From Nemertoderma westbladi (Eukaryota; Animalia; Xenacoelomorpha), in NCBI GenBank assembly GCA_032718475.1, contig JAUCBJ010002218.1, positions 1 through 64,000 of the forward strand: DNA of 64,000 nt, written 5' to 3'. Positions 1-42,084 of this stretch are shown one piece after another. A model generated the notes under the pieces. The model worked only from the letters and a program-made list of their open reading frames with translations. It was not told the origin of the DNA and made no database searches. The translations under genes and the position numbers were made by a program. The stretch's first letter is position 1; each line of letters opens with the position of its first letter.

Positions 1-167
1 AGACCAGTTTTATAGGGCCTACTCTTAGATTATTATATTATTGAAATCTGGACCTCGCGAGTTAGTGAACACATAGAATTATAAATTAATTATTAATTCA
101 TTGTTTTCCTTTCTGTTCTTACCTCACTGAGTCATCGTTACCGGTATGTTTATCTTTCTCTCTCCAG

Positions 168-28157
<27,990 letters not shown>

Positions 28158-29706
28158 GTGCGTCGTGATTGGTTGGTGAATCCTATGCAATATTATAATC
28201 CTAAAACCCTGGGAATGTGACGAGACTGTAAGAGAATAGTTCCGCTTCATGTAGATATATTTTAGAGATCTCCTGTTTTAGTTGCATTTAAATACGTTGC
28301 AGTTTATGTGGGTGTCAGAACCACGGCGTCATTTATGTACATAAACTATCAGATTTTGTGATACATCACTAATTGTTGAAATATCCTATTAATATGAGAT
28401 ACCGACGGTATGTTTTATTTCTCAATAGGGTTTGGTGCGTTAAACAATTATTTAGTATTTGGCTAGAAACTACCGTAGGGAGTGGTCTTATTCAAATTTG
28501 GTGTGGTTTTAAGTTAGCGTTCGGCTTCTTCATTTAACGTTTTATTGTTAATACCCTGTCGTCCGCCCTAACTAAATAGGCCTCAATCCAAGGCAGAGTT
28601 TCGGCCAATATTTGGCTTTGCGGCAATGGAGGTGTTCCCTCAAACATTATTTAGCCAGCATACAATTATTTTGTCGCGTACTAAACCCTGTTAAGATTAC
28701 TTAACTCTCTGTTTTCAATTGGGTTGAATAAAGAACAGCCACTTTAAAGTCTGTAGTTAGTGCCTATAATACGGTCTTGCATAAGACCCCCTTTTATATT
28801 GTACTTATCTCTTTTATTTTTTTGAGCTTTAATGTTTTCCTGCGGAATTATAAAGTCGCAATCCTTAATAATAATCATCTGCACAGTTAGTAGTTAGTAG
28901 TCACGTTAGCAGATCACTTGTAATGGTTAATACGGCTAATTCGTATGTTAAATAGTATAATCACTCTAGACGGCTGTATTAATAATCATTAAAAAAAATA
29001 CTGATTACCAGTTGTATTGGTATTTTGTAGTAGGGCTATTAATTGCTATTGTTTTAACTTCGAATTTTGTTTAGTAAAAATGTTACTAAAATCTATAGAG
29101 AAGATATTGTTGAAATATTATTGTTTATTTTTTTTAGCCAATTGCAATTCAATTCGAAATAGGTGCTTCTATGTTAAAGTGTTTTATTAACATTTCACAC
29201 CCAAAATTTAGTGTTTCAATTAGCTCACTGTACTATTTTTTCGCGGTTTCAGCTCAGTGTGACTTTATAAACAGTGAATTAGTATTTTTACTCGTTAGTC
29301 GGTGTAATTTCAGTAACGCAATGTAAAATTCCTTTTTAATTGTATGTTTTTTATTAGATTTTTAGGAATAAGCATTTGAAAGTGACTATTAATTGTTCAC
29401 TATGAAGTAACATATATAAATTGATGTTAATTTCGGTTTATTTGGCAACTTTTCATATTTCAGAATATTATTTTCTGCGGATATATTACAGTTTAATTAA
29501 GGTACTGCGCTGTCTATTTCTTAAAAGTCTTAGGTTTATCTTCTATTTTTTATGTAAACAGGTCAAAAGATTAAAGTTATTGGTTTAATGGTTTGGTTAT
29601 ATTTTGTGTGGGTAGTTGATTTTGTATACCGTAGGAATTTTATAAATTCTGAAAAATATATTATAGGTTTACTCGTTTGTTGGTTATTAATAATATTTAC
29701 AGCCCA

Positions 29707-29737
<31 letters not shown>

Positions 29738-30132
29738 CCTGATTACGTTTTTTCACTGAACCTTGCGTGGGAGTATAACGTTTCGGGTGATTTCTTGGGT
29801 ATAGGAAATTTTATGGTGATCAATAATGCGACTGATGCCGCCTAGCTTGCATCATTGAGGATTTTCTGTAATTAGCAATTAAAAAAATTTCTCCCAGCAA
29901 CGGTTAAGACAATTCATCCGATTGCTTCCATATATTTTAGTAATAATTGTACTGTTGAAAAAAATTTACAAATGGTTGGCCTACATGTTTCCATTATAAT
30001 TGGGTTGGTGCGTGAAAAAATTGTTGGGCTAGAAACAATTGAATAAGGGGGAACAAGGTGCCCTGAATCGAGTGGCGGGGTGTGTTTTTTGTAAAAAGAC
30101 GAGGAAACGGTCTAAATGGCGGGTATAAGCAA

Positions 30133-30189
30133 GCGCGGGAGGCCAATTTTGAAAATCGGCTGTGATTGGATGCTACATATTTGACGTCA
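30133..30189. promoter_or_regulatory. Putative Pol II promoter motif cluster
   Basis: GCGCGGGA (E2F-like), CCAAT, TTTGAA (CHR-like), ATTGG and TGACGTCA (CRE) within 57 bp; no linked exon identified. Confidence 0.3.
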
Positions 30190-30494
30190 TTTACGTAGTG
30201 GCTGTGATAATTTTTTATCTGGTTTCTATGGATCGAGATTTTCGATCAATTCAAATACATATTAAACCTCAATCATTTCACACGTGGCTTATATTAATTG
30301 GAAGCGGAGAGTCTTTGCGTCTTTTGACACTACAATTAATTAAATTCACGACGAGGAAGATTGTTAAAATGCTGTTCACAATTGCAAACTCAACAGATTT
30401 CCTGACCGGTTAGGCAGGACTTCCTTGCCTACTGGTCACACACCTATCAGCCTATTGCAGTATCTGAATATTGCAGCTTTACTTCATTAAGTTG

Positions 30495-32016
30495 AGTCCT
30501 CTAAGCCCACTATGTCCACTAACCCCATTATGTACAGTAACCCCATAATGTCCATTATCCCCACTATGTCCACTAACCCCATTATGTACAGTAACCCCAT
30601 AATGTCCATTATCCCCACTATGTCCACTAACCCCATTATGTACAGTAAACCCATAATGTCCATTATCCCCACTATGTCCACTATCCCCCACTAACCAGAT
30701 TATGTCCAGTAACCCCATAATTTCCATTATGATAATTATTCTATTATGATTATGACATGATAATTATTCTATTATGATAATGGAAATTATGGGGTTACTG
30801 GACATAATCGGGTTAGTGGGGGATAGTGGACAAGTGGGGATAATGGACATTATGGGGTTACTGTACATAATGGGGTTAGTGGGGATAGCGGACCTTATGG
30901 CGTTACTGGACATAGTGGGGATGGTGGACATTCATTATTTAGTTACAGGACATAGCGGAGTTAGTGGACATAGTGGGGTTAGTGCACATAGTGAAGGTAG
31001 TGGACATTATGGGGTAATGGGGTTAGTTGACATAGTGGTGTTTGTGGACATAATGGGGTTAGTGGACTTAAAGGAGTTAGTGGACATTATGGAGTTACTG
31101 GACATAATTGGGATAGTGGATATAGTGGGGCTAGAGGACATAGTGGGGTTAGTGGACATAGTGGGGACATTATGGAGTTAGTGGACATAGTGGGGATAAT
31201 GAACATTATGGGGTTACTGGGCATAATGGAGTTAGTGGACATAGTGGGGTTTGTGGCCACAGTGGGGTTAGTGAACATAGTTGGGTTAATGGACATGGGG
31301 TTACTGGGCATAATGGGGTTAGTGGACATAGTGGGGTTTGTGGATAAAGTGGGGTTTGTGGACATAGTGGGGTTTGTGGAGTTTATGGATAATGTGGGGT
31401 TTGTGGACACAGTGGGGTTAGTGGACATAATGGTGTTAGTGGATATAGTGGGTTTGTGGAGTTTATGGATAATGTGGGGTTTGTGGACACAGTGGGGTTA
31501 GTGGACATAATGGTGTTAGTGGATATAGTGGGTTTGTGGATATAGTAGGTTTGTTGACATAGTGGGGTTAGTGGACATAATGGGGATAATGGACATTATG
31601 GAGTTACTGGGCATAGTGGGGTTTGTGGACATAGTGGGATTTGTGGAGTGGACATAGTGGGGTTAGCGTACATAGTGGGGTTAGTGGACATAGTGGAGTT
31701 AGTGAACATTCTGGGGTTAGTGGACATTATGGAGTTACTGGACATAGTAGGATTAGTGGACATAGTGGGTTTAGTGGACAAAGTGGGGTTAATGGACATA
31801 GGGCGTTTAGTGGACATAGGGGGTTAGTGGGGATAGTGGACATTATGGAATTACTGGACATATTGGGGTTAGTGGACATAGCGGGACTTGTGGACATAGA
31901 GAGTTTAGTGGAGTGGGGATAGTGGATATTATGAAGTTACTGGACATAGTGGGGTTAGTGGACGGACATAGTGGGGTATGTGGACGGACATGTGGGGTTT
32001 GTGGACATAGTGGGTT
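30495..32016. repeat. G-rich ~18-bp minisatellite (60-bp higher-order units) with an internal inversion
   Basis: gtggacatagtggggtta-type units at 30777-32016; reverse-complement units at 30495-30730. Confidence 0.9.
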
Positions 32017-32019
32017 GTC

Positions 32020-33897
32020 CTATCAGTTAGAGCCCAGCATGGACTCCCATAGAGGAGTACTAGAACTACTGACTTCTCTAAATAATCGGACCTTAAGTTT
32101 CCGATTAATTCTCGGTGAAAACTTCCAAATCCTGGAAAGCCTATTCAAGGCTCCCCATGCCTTTCCCGTACGTATTCGAAGGTCCTCACCTGACTTCCGG
32201 ATCCATGATCCCAGGTAACAGAAGTCGTCCACATGCTCAAGCATACCATCCTTTGAGCTTATGCTCATCCGATCAGAGACTTGCTGAGGATTTTCAAAGT
32301 TAACTGTCAAAATTTTGGTCTTTCTGGAGTTAATAAAAAGACCAACACTAGAAACAGCATGTTCTAATGAGCTGAGGGGCCGTTGGGCTCCCTATACTGA
32401 TTCTGAGAGTACTCCTAAGTCATCAGCTAAGTCTAGATCAGTTAGGTACTTGGCAGGATTTCCTCGACTTCTGGAGCCAGTAGGTGGAGTTATCATCACC
32501 CCATCATCATTATGATGATCAAAGGACATGCGTAGAACATAGTCAACAACAATTATGAACAAGAATGGTGCAAGTGTGTCTCCCTGGAGGACGCCCTATA
32601 ACACTTCAAATGGTTCTGTGTCACCGTCAACAGTAGACACAAATGTTGTCGAACCATCGTATACTGATCTGATTGCTGCAATAATTTCATCAGGAATCCC
32701 ATATAATGAAAGTATGCTGAACATACGTGAGCGAGAGACTGAATCAAAGGCCTTGAATAAGTCAACAAAGATAACAGCCAGATGCGTGTCTTTCTTTTTT
32801 GATAACTCTTCAATTATCCTTCTAAGTGCCAAAATGGGCTCCATGGTCCCACGACCTTTACGGAACCCATTCTGATTTCCACGGAGCAGTCTCTCAATGG
32901 GATCCCTGATGCGATTTAATAGAATTCTATTGTATAGCTTTGCAGCAATCGAGATCATTGAGATTCCCCGAAAAGAACCATAGAGTGTAAGGTTGCCCTT
33001 CTTGGGAGCTGGCACCAACTAATGTGTATTCATTTCTTGTGGGACTCTTGTTGTTCGGTACATGTCTACTATGATGGGATAGATGAGCTTTAAACACTTA
33101 GGTATTTTACAGACCTCAGGGGGAACACCATCTACTCCACTGGCACGATTGGTCTTAATGCTCTTAGCAGCAGCCTTCATTTCTGCAAAGGAGATATCAC
33201 CAATGGGAATATCTGGGAGTACAGACTCAGACACTTTTACTTCTATAAAGTTATCAAGCAATACCCTGTCATTATTGAGGAGCTTGTCAAAGTGGGCCTT
33301 CCAACCATTGAGGCGATCGGCTGGTGATTCAGCCTTAACCTTGGTTGTTGGTTGGCTTTTCCGCCCAGTAAGCAAGTTGATCGATTTCCATGCCTGGGAT
33401 GATTGCCTGCTGTCGTCAGCATCATTGATGGCATCAACCTGTTGGTTTATTAGCTCCTGTAGATTAACAAAGTTATCAAGCAATGCCCTGTCATTATTGA
33501 GGAGCTTGTCAAAGTGGGCCTTCCAACCATTGAGGCGATCGGCTGGTGATTCAGCCTTAACCTTGGTTGTTGGTTGGCTTTTCCGCCCAGTAAGCAAGTT
33601 GATCGATTTCCATGCCTGGGATGATTGCCTGCTGTCGTCAGCATCATTAATGGCATCAACCTGTTGGTTTATTAGCTCCTGTAGATTAACAGAGTACTGC
33701 CTGTTCAGGGACCTAGATGCCGCCTTAACTGCATTCTTGGCCGCTGTAGTCTGTTTGAGTCGGCACTCTTTCTGCGCCTTATAGAGGTCATTTCGGCACT
33801 TCTGAATTTTGTTGTCAGTCCAGGGGGCCCTTTTCCTGTTTCGAGGGTATACAGGAACTGTTTCTGCAGCTGCTATAACTTAACTGCTTCTGTGAAG
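32020..33897 (-). mobile_element. RTE-like LINE, RT region (degenerate; downstream part of the split element)
   Basis: PKKGNL...FRGISMISIAAKLYNRIL...QNGFRKGR...FVDLFKAFDSV...QGDTLAPFLF...DLDLADDL; stops and frameshifts; 222-bp internal tandem duplication. Confidence 0.92.
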
Positions 33898-34494
33898 GCA
33901 GTTATATGCTATTTGCTTGACCAGCCAATCGCAGAATTATTGTAAAATGAGATTTAACAACATATTTGACTTGAAATGTACTGATAGAGGGGTGGGGACT
34001 TGTTGGAGCTGTCGCCAGGTGATTTTAACTGTTTTTCGGGATCATTTGCGTGAAAGGAAAACGCATTGAGTGAATTTTCATAGAGTATACTTTCTATCCT
34101 CTATCTCGTGGTATGGGTTAGAAGTCGCGAAATTGAAAATCAATGTCTATTTTTGAAAAAAAATCGCAAAGTTATTATTGTAAATTGCGGCTAATTAATG
34201 GAAGGGCTTTTGAACTGGCAATTTAAATTTAAATTAAAGCTGTACTTTCGAGAATTTCAAATCTGTATTTTAACTTCTTTAAGAAACATCTGAGATACGA
34301 GAGCTCTAACATTGCATGTATTTTTCACTTAATAACTTGAGTCGTAAATATAGCACCAAAACAAGGGTTGTAGCAAAATAATTCAGTGTTTTTAGGAAAC
34401 TGAAAAGTCTATTGTGCATATCCAAATTCCCTTACTAACGTTCAAGTAAAAATAAAGCAATGGAAAATAAATTAAAATATTTGCTGACAAAAAA

Positions 34495-34614
34495 AGCCTA
34501 CAACACTTGGTGTTCCCTGGCGGTCTCCCATCCAAGTACTAACCAAGCTCGAAGGGCCTTAACTTTCGCTGATCGGACGAGAAGCGGTGCTTTCCCCTTG
34601 ATATGGTCGTAGGC
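34495..34614 (-). rRNA. 5S rRNA copy 1
   Basis: GCCTACGACCATATC...GATCAGCGAAAGTTAAG...GGTTAGTACTTGGATGGGAGACCGCCAGGGAACACCAAGTGTTGTAGGC followed by a T-run Pol III terminator. Confidence 0.97.
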
Positions 34615-35444
34615 GAAGGATTATGAATCAAATTGCGTGAGACAAAAATGACAACAAATAAATGAAAAATTTACACAATTATATTTGCTCTTAAACAATG
34701 CGGTTCATTTGCCAGTTGTTGAACATATTAAATAAAATACCTAAAAAGTATTATCTTAAAGTATTCAGAATATAATATTTGAGAGAATCTATCTACATTC
34801 AATAAACTAATGTTCTGGAATATTTACATAGTAACAGGTATAGTGTGCAGTTATATGCTATTTGCTTGACCAGCCAATCTCAGAATTATTGTAAAATGAG
34901 ATTTAACAACATATTTGACTTGAAACGTACTGATAGAGGGGTGGGGACTTGTTGGAGCTGTCGCCAGGTGATTCTAACTGTTTTTAGGGATCATTTGCGT
35001 GATAGGAAAACGCATTGAGTGAATTTCTTAGAGTATACTTTCTATCCTCTATCTCGTGGTATGGGTTAGAAGTCGCGAAATTGAAAATCAATGTCCATTT
35101 TTGAAAAAAAATCGCAAGTTATTTTTGTAAATTGCGGCTAATTAATGGAAGGGCTTTTGAACTGGCAATTTAAATTGAAATTAAAGCTGTACTTTCGAGA
35201 ATTTCAAATCTGTATTTTAACTTCTTTAAGAAACATCTGAGATACGAGAGCTCTAACATTGCATGTATTTTTCACTTAATAACTTGAGTCGTAAATATAG
35301 CACCAAAACAAGGGTTGTAGCAAAATAATTCAGTGTTTTTAGGAAACTGAAAAGTCTATTGTGTATATCCAAATTCCCTTACTAACTGCGTTCAAGTAAA
35401 AATAAGGCAATGGAAAATAAATTAAAATATTTGCTGACAAAAAA

Positions 35445-35564
35445 AGCCTACAACACTTGGTGTTCCCTGGCGGTCTCCCATCCAAGTACTAACCAAGCTC
35501 GAAGGGCCTTAACTTTCGCTGATCGGACGAGAAGCGGTGCTTTCCCCTTGATATGGTCGTAGGC
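35445..35564 (-). rRNA. 5S rRNA copy 2
   Basis: Same sequence as copy 1. Confidence 0.97.
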
Positions 35565-36548
35565 GAAGGATTATGAATCAAATTGCAGGGTAGTTGCGTT
35601 GGTCAAGAATTATTATGTTATATTATTAAAGTTGACTCGTTCGTGATCTTTCAAATTTGTTAAATCCTATAACAAAAATAAAATAAAAATACCTTTGGAT
35701 TCATAATTTAATATTATAATGTCGATAAATTAGACGGAAAGTGAGACAAAAATGACAACAAATAAATGAAAAAATTTACACAATTATATTTGCTCTTAAA
35801 CAATGCGGTTCATTTGCCAGTTGTTGAACATATTAAATAAAATACCTAAAAAGTATTATCTTAAAGTATTCAGAATATAATATTTGAGAGAATCTATCTA
35901 CATTCAATAAACTAATGTTCTGGAATATTTACATAGTAACAGGTATAGTGTGCAGTTATATGCTATTTGCTTGACCAGCCAATCTCAGAATTATTGTAAA
36001 ATGAGATTTAACAACATATTTGACTTGAAACGTACTGATAGAGGGGTGGGGACTTGTTGGAGCTGTCGCCAGGTGATTCTAACTGCTTTTAGGGATCATT
36101 TGCGTGATAGGAAAACGCATTGAGTGAATTTCTTAGAGTATACTTTCTATCCTCTATCTCGTGGTATGGGTTAGAAGTCGCTAAATTGAAAATCAATGTC
36201 CATTTTTGAACAAAATCGCAAGTTATTTTGGTAAATTGCGGCTAATTAATGGAAGGGCTTTTGAACTGGCAATTTAAATTGAAATTAAAGCTGTACTTTC
36301 GAAAATTTCAAATCTATATTTTAACTTCTTTAAGAAACATTTGAGATACGAGAGCTCTAACATTGTATGTATTTTTCACTTAATAACTTGAGTCGTAAAT
36401 ATAGCACCAAAACAAGGGTTGTAGCAAAATAATTCAGTGTTTTTAGGAAACTGAAAAGTCTATTGTGCATATCCAAATTCCCTTACTAACTGCGTTCAAG
36501 TAAAAATAAAGCAATGGAAAATAAATTAAAATATTTGCTGACAAAAAA

Positions 36549-36668
36549 AGCCTACAACACTTGGTGTTCCCTGGCGGTCTCCCATCCAAGTACTAACCAA
36601 GCTCGAAGGGCCTTAACTTTCGCTGATCGGACGAGAAGCGGTGCTTTCCCCTTGATATGGTCGTAGGC
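36549..36668 (-). rRNA. 5S rRNA copy 3
   Basis: Same sequence as copy 1. Confidence 0.97.
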
Positions 36669-37604
36669 GACGGATTATGAATCAAATTGCAGGGTAGTTG
36701 CGTTGGTCAAGAATTATTATGTTATATTATTAAAGTTGTCTCGTTCGTGAGCTTTCAAATTTGTTAATTCCTATAACAAAAATAAAATAAAAATACCTTT
36801 GGATTCATAATTTAATGTTATAATGTCGATAAATTAGACGGAAAGTGAGACAAAAATGACAACAAATAAATGAAAAAATTTACACAATTATATTTGCTCT
36901 TAAACAATGCGGTTCATTTGCCAGTTGTTGAACATATTAAATAAAATACCTAAAAAGTATTCAGAATATAATATTTGAGAGAATCTATCTACATTCAATA
37001 AACTAATGTTCTGGAATATTTACATAGTAACAGGTATAGTGTGCAGTTATATGCTATTTGCTTGACCAGCCAATCTCAGAATTATTGTAAAATGAGATTT
37101 AACAACATATTGGACTTGAAACGTACTGATAGAGGGGTGGGGACTTGTTGGAGCTGTCGCCAGGTGATTTTAACTGTTTTTCGGGATCATTTGCGTGATA
37201 GGAAAACGCATTGAGTGAACTTTCATAGAGTATACTTTCTATCCTCTATCTCGTGGTATGGGTTAGAAGTCGCGAAATTGAAAATCAATGTCCATTTTTG
37301 AAAAAAAAATCGCAAGTTAATTTTGTAAATTGCGGCTAATAAAGCTGTACTTTCGAGAATTTCAAATCTGTATTTTAACTTCTTTAAGAAACATCTGAGA
37401 TACGAGAGCTCTAACATTGCATGTATTTTTCACTTAATAACTTGAGTCGTAAATATAGCACCAAAACAAGGGTTGTAGCAAAATAATTCAGTGTTTTTAG
37501 GAAACTGAAAAGTCTATTGTGTAGATCCAAATTCCCTTACTAACTGCGTTCAAGTAAAAATAAAGCTCAATGGAAAATAAATTAAAATATTTGCTGACAA
37601 AAAA

Positions 37605-37724
37605 AGCCTACAACACTTGGTGTTCCCTGGCAGTCTCCCATCCAAGTACTAACCGAGCTCGAAGGGCCTTAACTTTCGCTGATCGGACGAGAAGCGGTGC
37701 TTTCCCCTTGATATGGTCGTAGGC
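37605..37724 (-). rRNA. 5S rRNA copy 4 (variant)
   Basis: Two substitutions relative to the other copies (ggcagtctcc, aaccgagctc on the + strand). Confidence 0.95.
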
Positions 37725-38708
37725 GAACCATTCTGAATCAAATTGCAGGGTAGTTGCGTTGGTCAAGAATTATTATGTTATATTATTAAAGTTGTCTCGT
37801 TCGTGAGCTTTCAAATTTGTTAATTCCTATAACAAAAATAAAATAAAAATACCTTTGGATTCATAATTTAATATTATAATGTCGATAAATTAGACGGAAA
37901 GTGAGACAAAAATGACAAAAAATAAATGAAAAAATTTACACAATTATATTTGCTCTTAAACAATGCGGTTCATTTGCCAGTTGTTGAACATATTAAATAA
38001 AATACCTAAAAAGTATTATCTTAAAGTATTCAGAATATAATATTTGAGAGAATCTATCTACATTCAATAAACTAATGTTCTGGAATATTTACATAGTAAC
38101 AGGTATAGTGTGCAGTTATATGCTATTTGCTTGACCAGCCAATCTCAGAATTATTGTAAAATGAGATTTAACAACATATTTGACTTGAAACGTACTGATA
38201 GAGGGGTGGGGACTTGTTGGAGCTGTCGCCAGGTGATTCTAACTGCTTTTAGGGATCATTTGCGTGATAGGAAAACGCATTGAGTGAATTTCTTAGAGTA
38301 TACTTTCTATCCTCTATCTCGTGGTATGGGTTAGAAGTCGCTAAATTGAAAATCAATGTCCATTTTTGAACAAAATCGCAAGTTATTTTGGTAAATTGCG
38401 GCTAATTAATGGAAGGGCTTTTGAACTGGCAATTTAAATTGAAATTAAAGCTGTACTTTCGAGAATTTCAAATCTGTATTTTAACTTCTTTAAGAAACAT
38501 TTGAGATACGAGAGCTCTAACATTGTATGTATTTTTCACTTAATAACTTGAGTCGTAAATATAGCACCAAAACAAGGGTTGTAGCAAAATAATTCAGTGT
38601 TTTTAGGAAACTGAAAAGTCTATTGTGCATATCCAAATTCCCTTACTAACTGCGTTCAAGTAAAAATAAAGCAATGGAAAATAAATTAAAATATTTGCTG
38701 ACAAAAAA

Positions 38709-38828
38709 AGCCTACAACACTTGGTGTTCCCTGGCGGTCTCCCATCCAAGTACTAACCAAGCTCGAAGGGCCTTAACTTTCGCTGATCGGACGAGAAGCG
38801 GTGCTTTCCCCTTGATATGGTCGTAGGC
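38709..38828 (-). rRNA. 5S rRNA copy 5
   Basis: Same sequence as copy 1. Confidence 0.97.
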
Positions 38829-39763
38829 GACGGATTATGAATCAAATTGCAGGGTAGTTGCGTTGGTCAAGAATTATTATGTTATATTATTAAAGTTGTC
38901 TCGTTCGTGAGCTTTCAAATTTGTTAATTCCTATAACAAAAATAAAATAAAAATACCTTTGGATTCATAATTTAATGTTATAATGTCGATAAATTAGACG
39001 GAAAGTGAGACAAAAATGACAACAAATAAATGAAAAAATTTACACAATTATATTTGCTCTTAAACAATGCGGTTCATTTGCCAGTTGTTGAACATATTAA
39101 ATAAAATACCTAAAAAGTATTCAGAATATAATATTTGAGAGAATCTATCTATATTCAATAAACTAATGTTCTGGAATATTTACATAGTAACAGGTATAGT
39201 GTGCAGTTATATGCTATTTGCTTGACCAGCCAATCTCAGAATTATTGTAAAATGAGATTTAACAACATATTGGACTTGAAACGTACTGATAGAGGGGTGG
39301 GGACTTGTTGGAGCTGTCGCCAGGTGATTTTAACTGTTTTTCGGGATCATTTGCGTGATAGGAAAACGCATTGAGTGAACTTTCATAGAGTATACTTTCT
39401 ATCCTCTATCTCGTGGTATGGGTTAGAAGTCGCGAAATTGAAAATCAATGTCCATTTTTGAAAAAAAATCGCAAGTTAATTTTGTAAATTGCGGCTAATA
39501 AATCTGTACTTTCGAGAATTTCAAATCTGTATTTTAACTTCTTTAAGAAACATCTGAGATACGAGAGCTCTAACATTGCATGTATTTTTCACTTAATAAC
39601 TTGAGTCGTAAATATAGCACCAAAACAAGGGTTGTAGCAAAATAATTCAGTGTTTTTAGGAAACTGAAAAGTCTATTGTGTAGATCCAAATTCCCTTACT
39701 AACTGCGTTCAAGTAAAAATAAAGCTCAATGGAAAATAAATTAAAATATTTGCTGACAAAAAA

Positions 39764-39883
39764 AGCCTACAACACTTGGTGTTCCCTGGCGGTCTCCCAT
39801 CCAAGTACTAACCAAGCTCGAAGGGCCTTAACTTTCGCTGATCGGACGAGAAGCGGTGCTTTCCCCTTGATATGGTCGTAGGC
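39764..39883 (-). rRNA. 5S rRNA copy 6
   Basis: Same sequence as copy 1. Confidence 0.97.
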
Positions 39884-40859
39884 GAAGGATTATGAATCAA
39901 ATTACAGGGTAGTTGCGTTGGTCAAGAATTATTATGTTATATTATTAAAGTTGTCTCGTTCGTGAGCTTTCAAATTTGTTAAATCCTATAACAAAAATAA
40001 AATAAAAATACCTTTGGATTCATAATTTAATATTATAATGTCGATAAATTAGACGGAAAGTGAGACAAAACTGACAACAAATAAATGAAAAAATTTACAC
40101 AATTATATTTGCTCTTAAACAATGCGGTTCATTTGCCAGTTGTTGAACATATTTAATAAAATACCTAAAAAGTATTCAGAATATAATATTTGAGAGAATC
40201 TATCTACATTCAATAAACTAATGTTCTGGAATATTTACATAGTAACAGGTATAGTGTGCAGTTATATGGTATTTGCTTTGACCAGCCAATCTCAGAATTA
40301 TTGTAAAATGAGATTTAACAACATATTTGACTTGAAACGTACTGATAGAGGGGTGGGGACTTGTTGGAGCTGTCGCCAGGTGATTCTAACTGTTTTTAGG
40401 GATCATTTGCGTGATAGGAAAACGCATTGAGTGAATTTTCATAGAGTATACTTTCTATCCTCTATCTCGTGGTATGGGTTAGAAGTCGCGAAATTGAAAA
40501 TCAATGTCCATTTTTGAAAAAAAATCGCAAGTTATTTTTGTAAATTGCGGCTAATTAATGGAAGGGCTTTTGAACTGGCAATTTAAATTTAAATTAAAGC
40601 TGTACTTTCGAGAATTTCAAATGTGTATTTTAACTTCTTTAAGAAACATCTGAGATACGAGAGCTCTAACATTGCATGTATTTTTCACTTAATAACTTGA
40701 GTCGTAAATATAGCACCAAAACAAGGGTTGTAGCAAAATAATTCAGTGTTTTTAGGAAACTGAAAAGTCTATTGTGTATATCCAAATTCCCTTACTAACT
40801 GCGTTCAAGTAAAAATAAAGCTCAATGGAAAATAAATTAAAATATTTGCTGACAAAAAA

Positions 40860-40979
40860 AGCCTACAACACTTGGTGTTCCCTGGCGGTCTCCCATCCAA
40901 GTACTAACCAAGCTCGAAGGGCCTTAACTTTCGCTGATCGGACGAGAAGCGGTGCTTTCCCCTTGATATGGTCGTAGGC
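40860..40979 (-). rRNA. 5S rRNA copy 7
   Basis: Same sequence as copy 1. Confidence 0.97.
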
Positions 40980-41964
40980 GAAGGATTATGAATCAAATTG
41001 CAGGGTAGTTGCGTTGGTCAAGAATTATTATGTTATATTATTAAAGTTGTCTCGTTCGTGAGCTTTCAAATTTGTTAAATCCTATAACAAAAATAAAATA
41101 AAAATACCTTTGGATTCATAATTTAATATTATAATGTCGATAAATTAGACGGAAAGTGAGACAAAAATGACAACAAATAAATGAAAAAATTTACACAATT
41201 ATATTTGCTCTTAAACAATGCGGTTCATTTGCCAGTTGTTGAACATATTAAATAAAATACCTAAAAAGTATTATCTTAAAGTATTCAGAATATAATATTT
41301 GAGAGAATCTATCTATATTCAATAAACTAATGTTCTGGAATATTTACATAGTAACAGGTATAGTGTGCAGTTATATGCTATTTGCTTGACCAGCCAATCT
41401 CAGAATTATTGTAAAATGAGATTTAACAACATATTTGACTTGAAACGTACTGATAGAGGGGTGGGGACTTGTTGGAGCTGTCGCCAGGTGATTCTAACTG
41501 TTTTTAGGGATCATTTGCGTGATAGGAAAACGCATTGAGTGAATTTTCATAGAGTATACTTTCTATCCTCTATCTCGTGGTATGGGTTAGAAGTCGCTAA
41601 ATTGAAAATCAATGTCCATTTTTGAACAAAATCGCAAGTTATTTTGGTATATTGCGGCTAATTAATGGAAGGGCTTTTGAACTGGCAATTTAAATTGAAA
41701 TTAAAGCTGTACTTTCGAGAATTTCAAATCTGTATTTTAACTTCTTTAAGAAACATCTGAGATACGAGAGCTCTAACATTGCATGTATTTTTCACTTAAT
41801 AACTTGAGTCGTAAATATAGCACCAAAACAAGGGTTGTAGCAAAATAATTCAGTGTTTTTAGGAAACTGAAAAGTCTATTGTGCATATCCAAATTCCCTT
41901 ACTAACTGCGTTCAAGTAAAAATAAAGCAATGGAAAATAAATTAAAATATTTGCTGACAAAAAA

Positions 41965-42084
41965 AGCCTACAACACTTGGTGTTCCCTGGCGGTCTCCCA
42001 TCCAAGTACTAACCAAGCTCGAAGGGCCTTAACTTTCGCTGATCGGACGAGAAGCGGTGCTTTCCCCTTGATATGGTCGTAGGC
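41965..42084 (-). rRNA. 5S rRNA copy 8
   Basis: Same sequence as copy 1. Confidence 0.97.

Noticed and set aside
30479-32016. GLVDIVG / STNPTM repeat ORFs; interstitial telomere
   Set aside because: Translations of an 18-bp minisatellite; no true (TTAGGG)n run.
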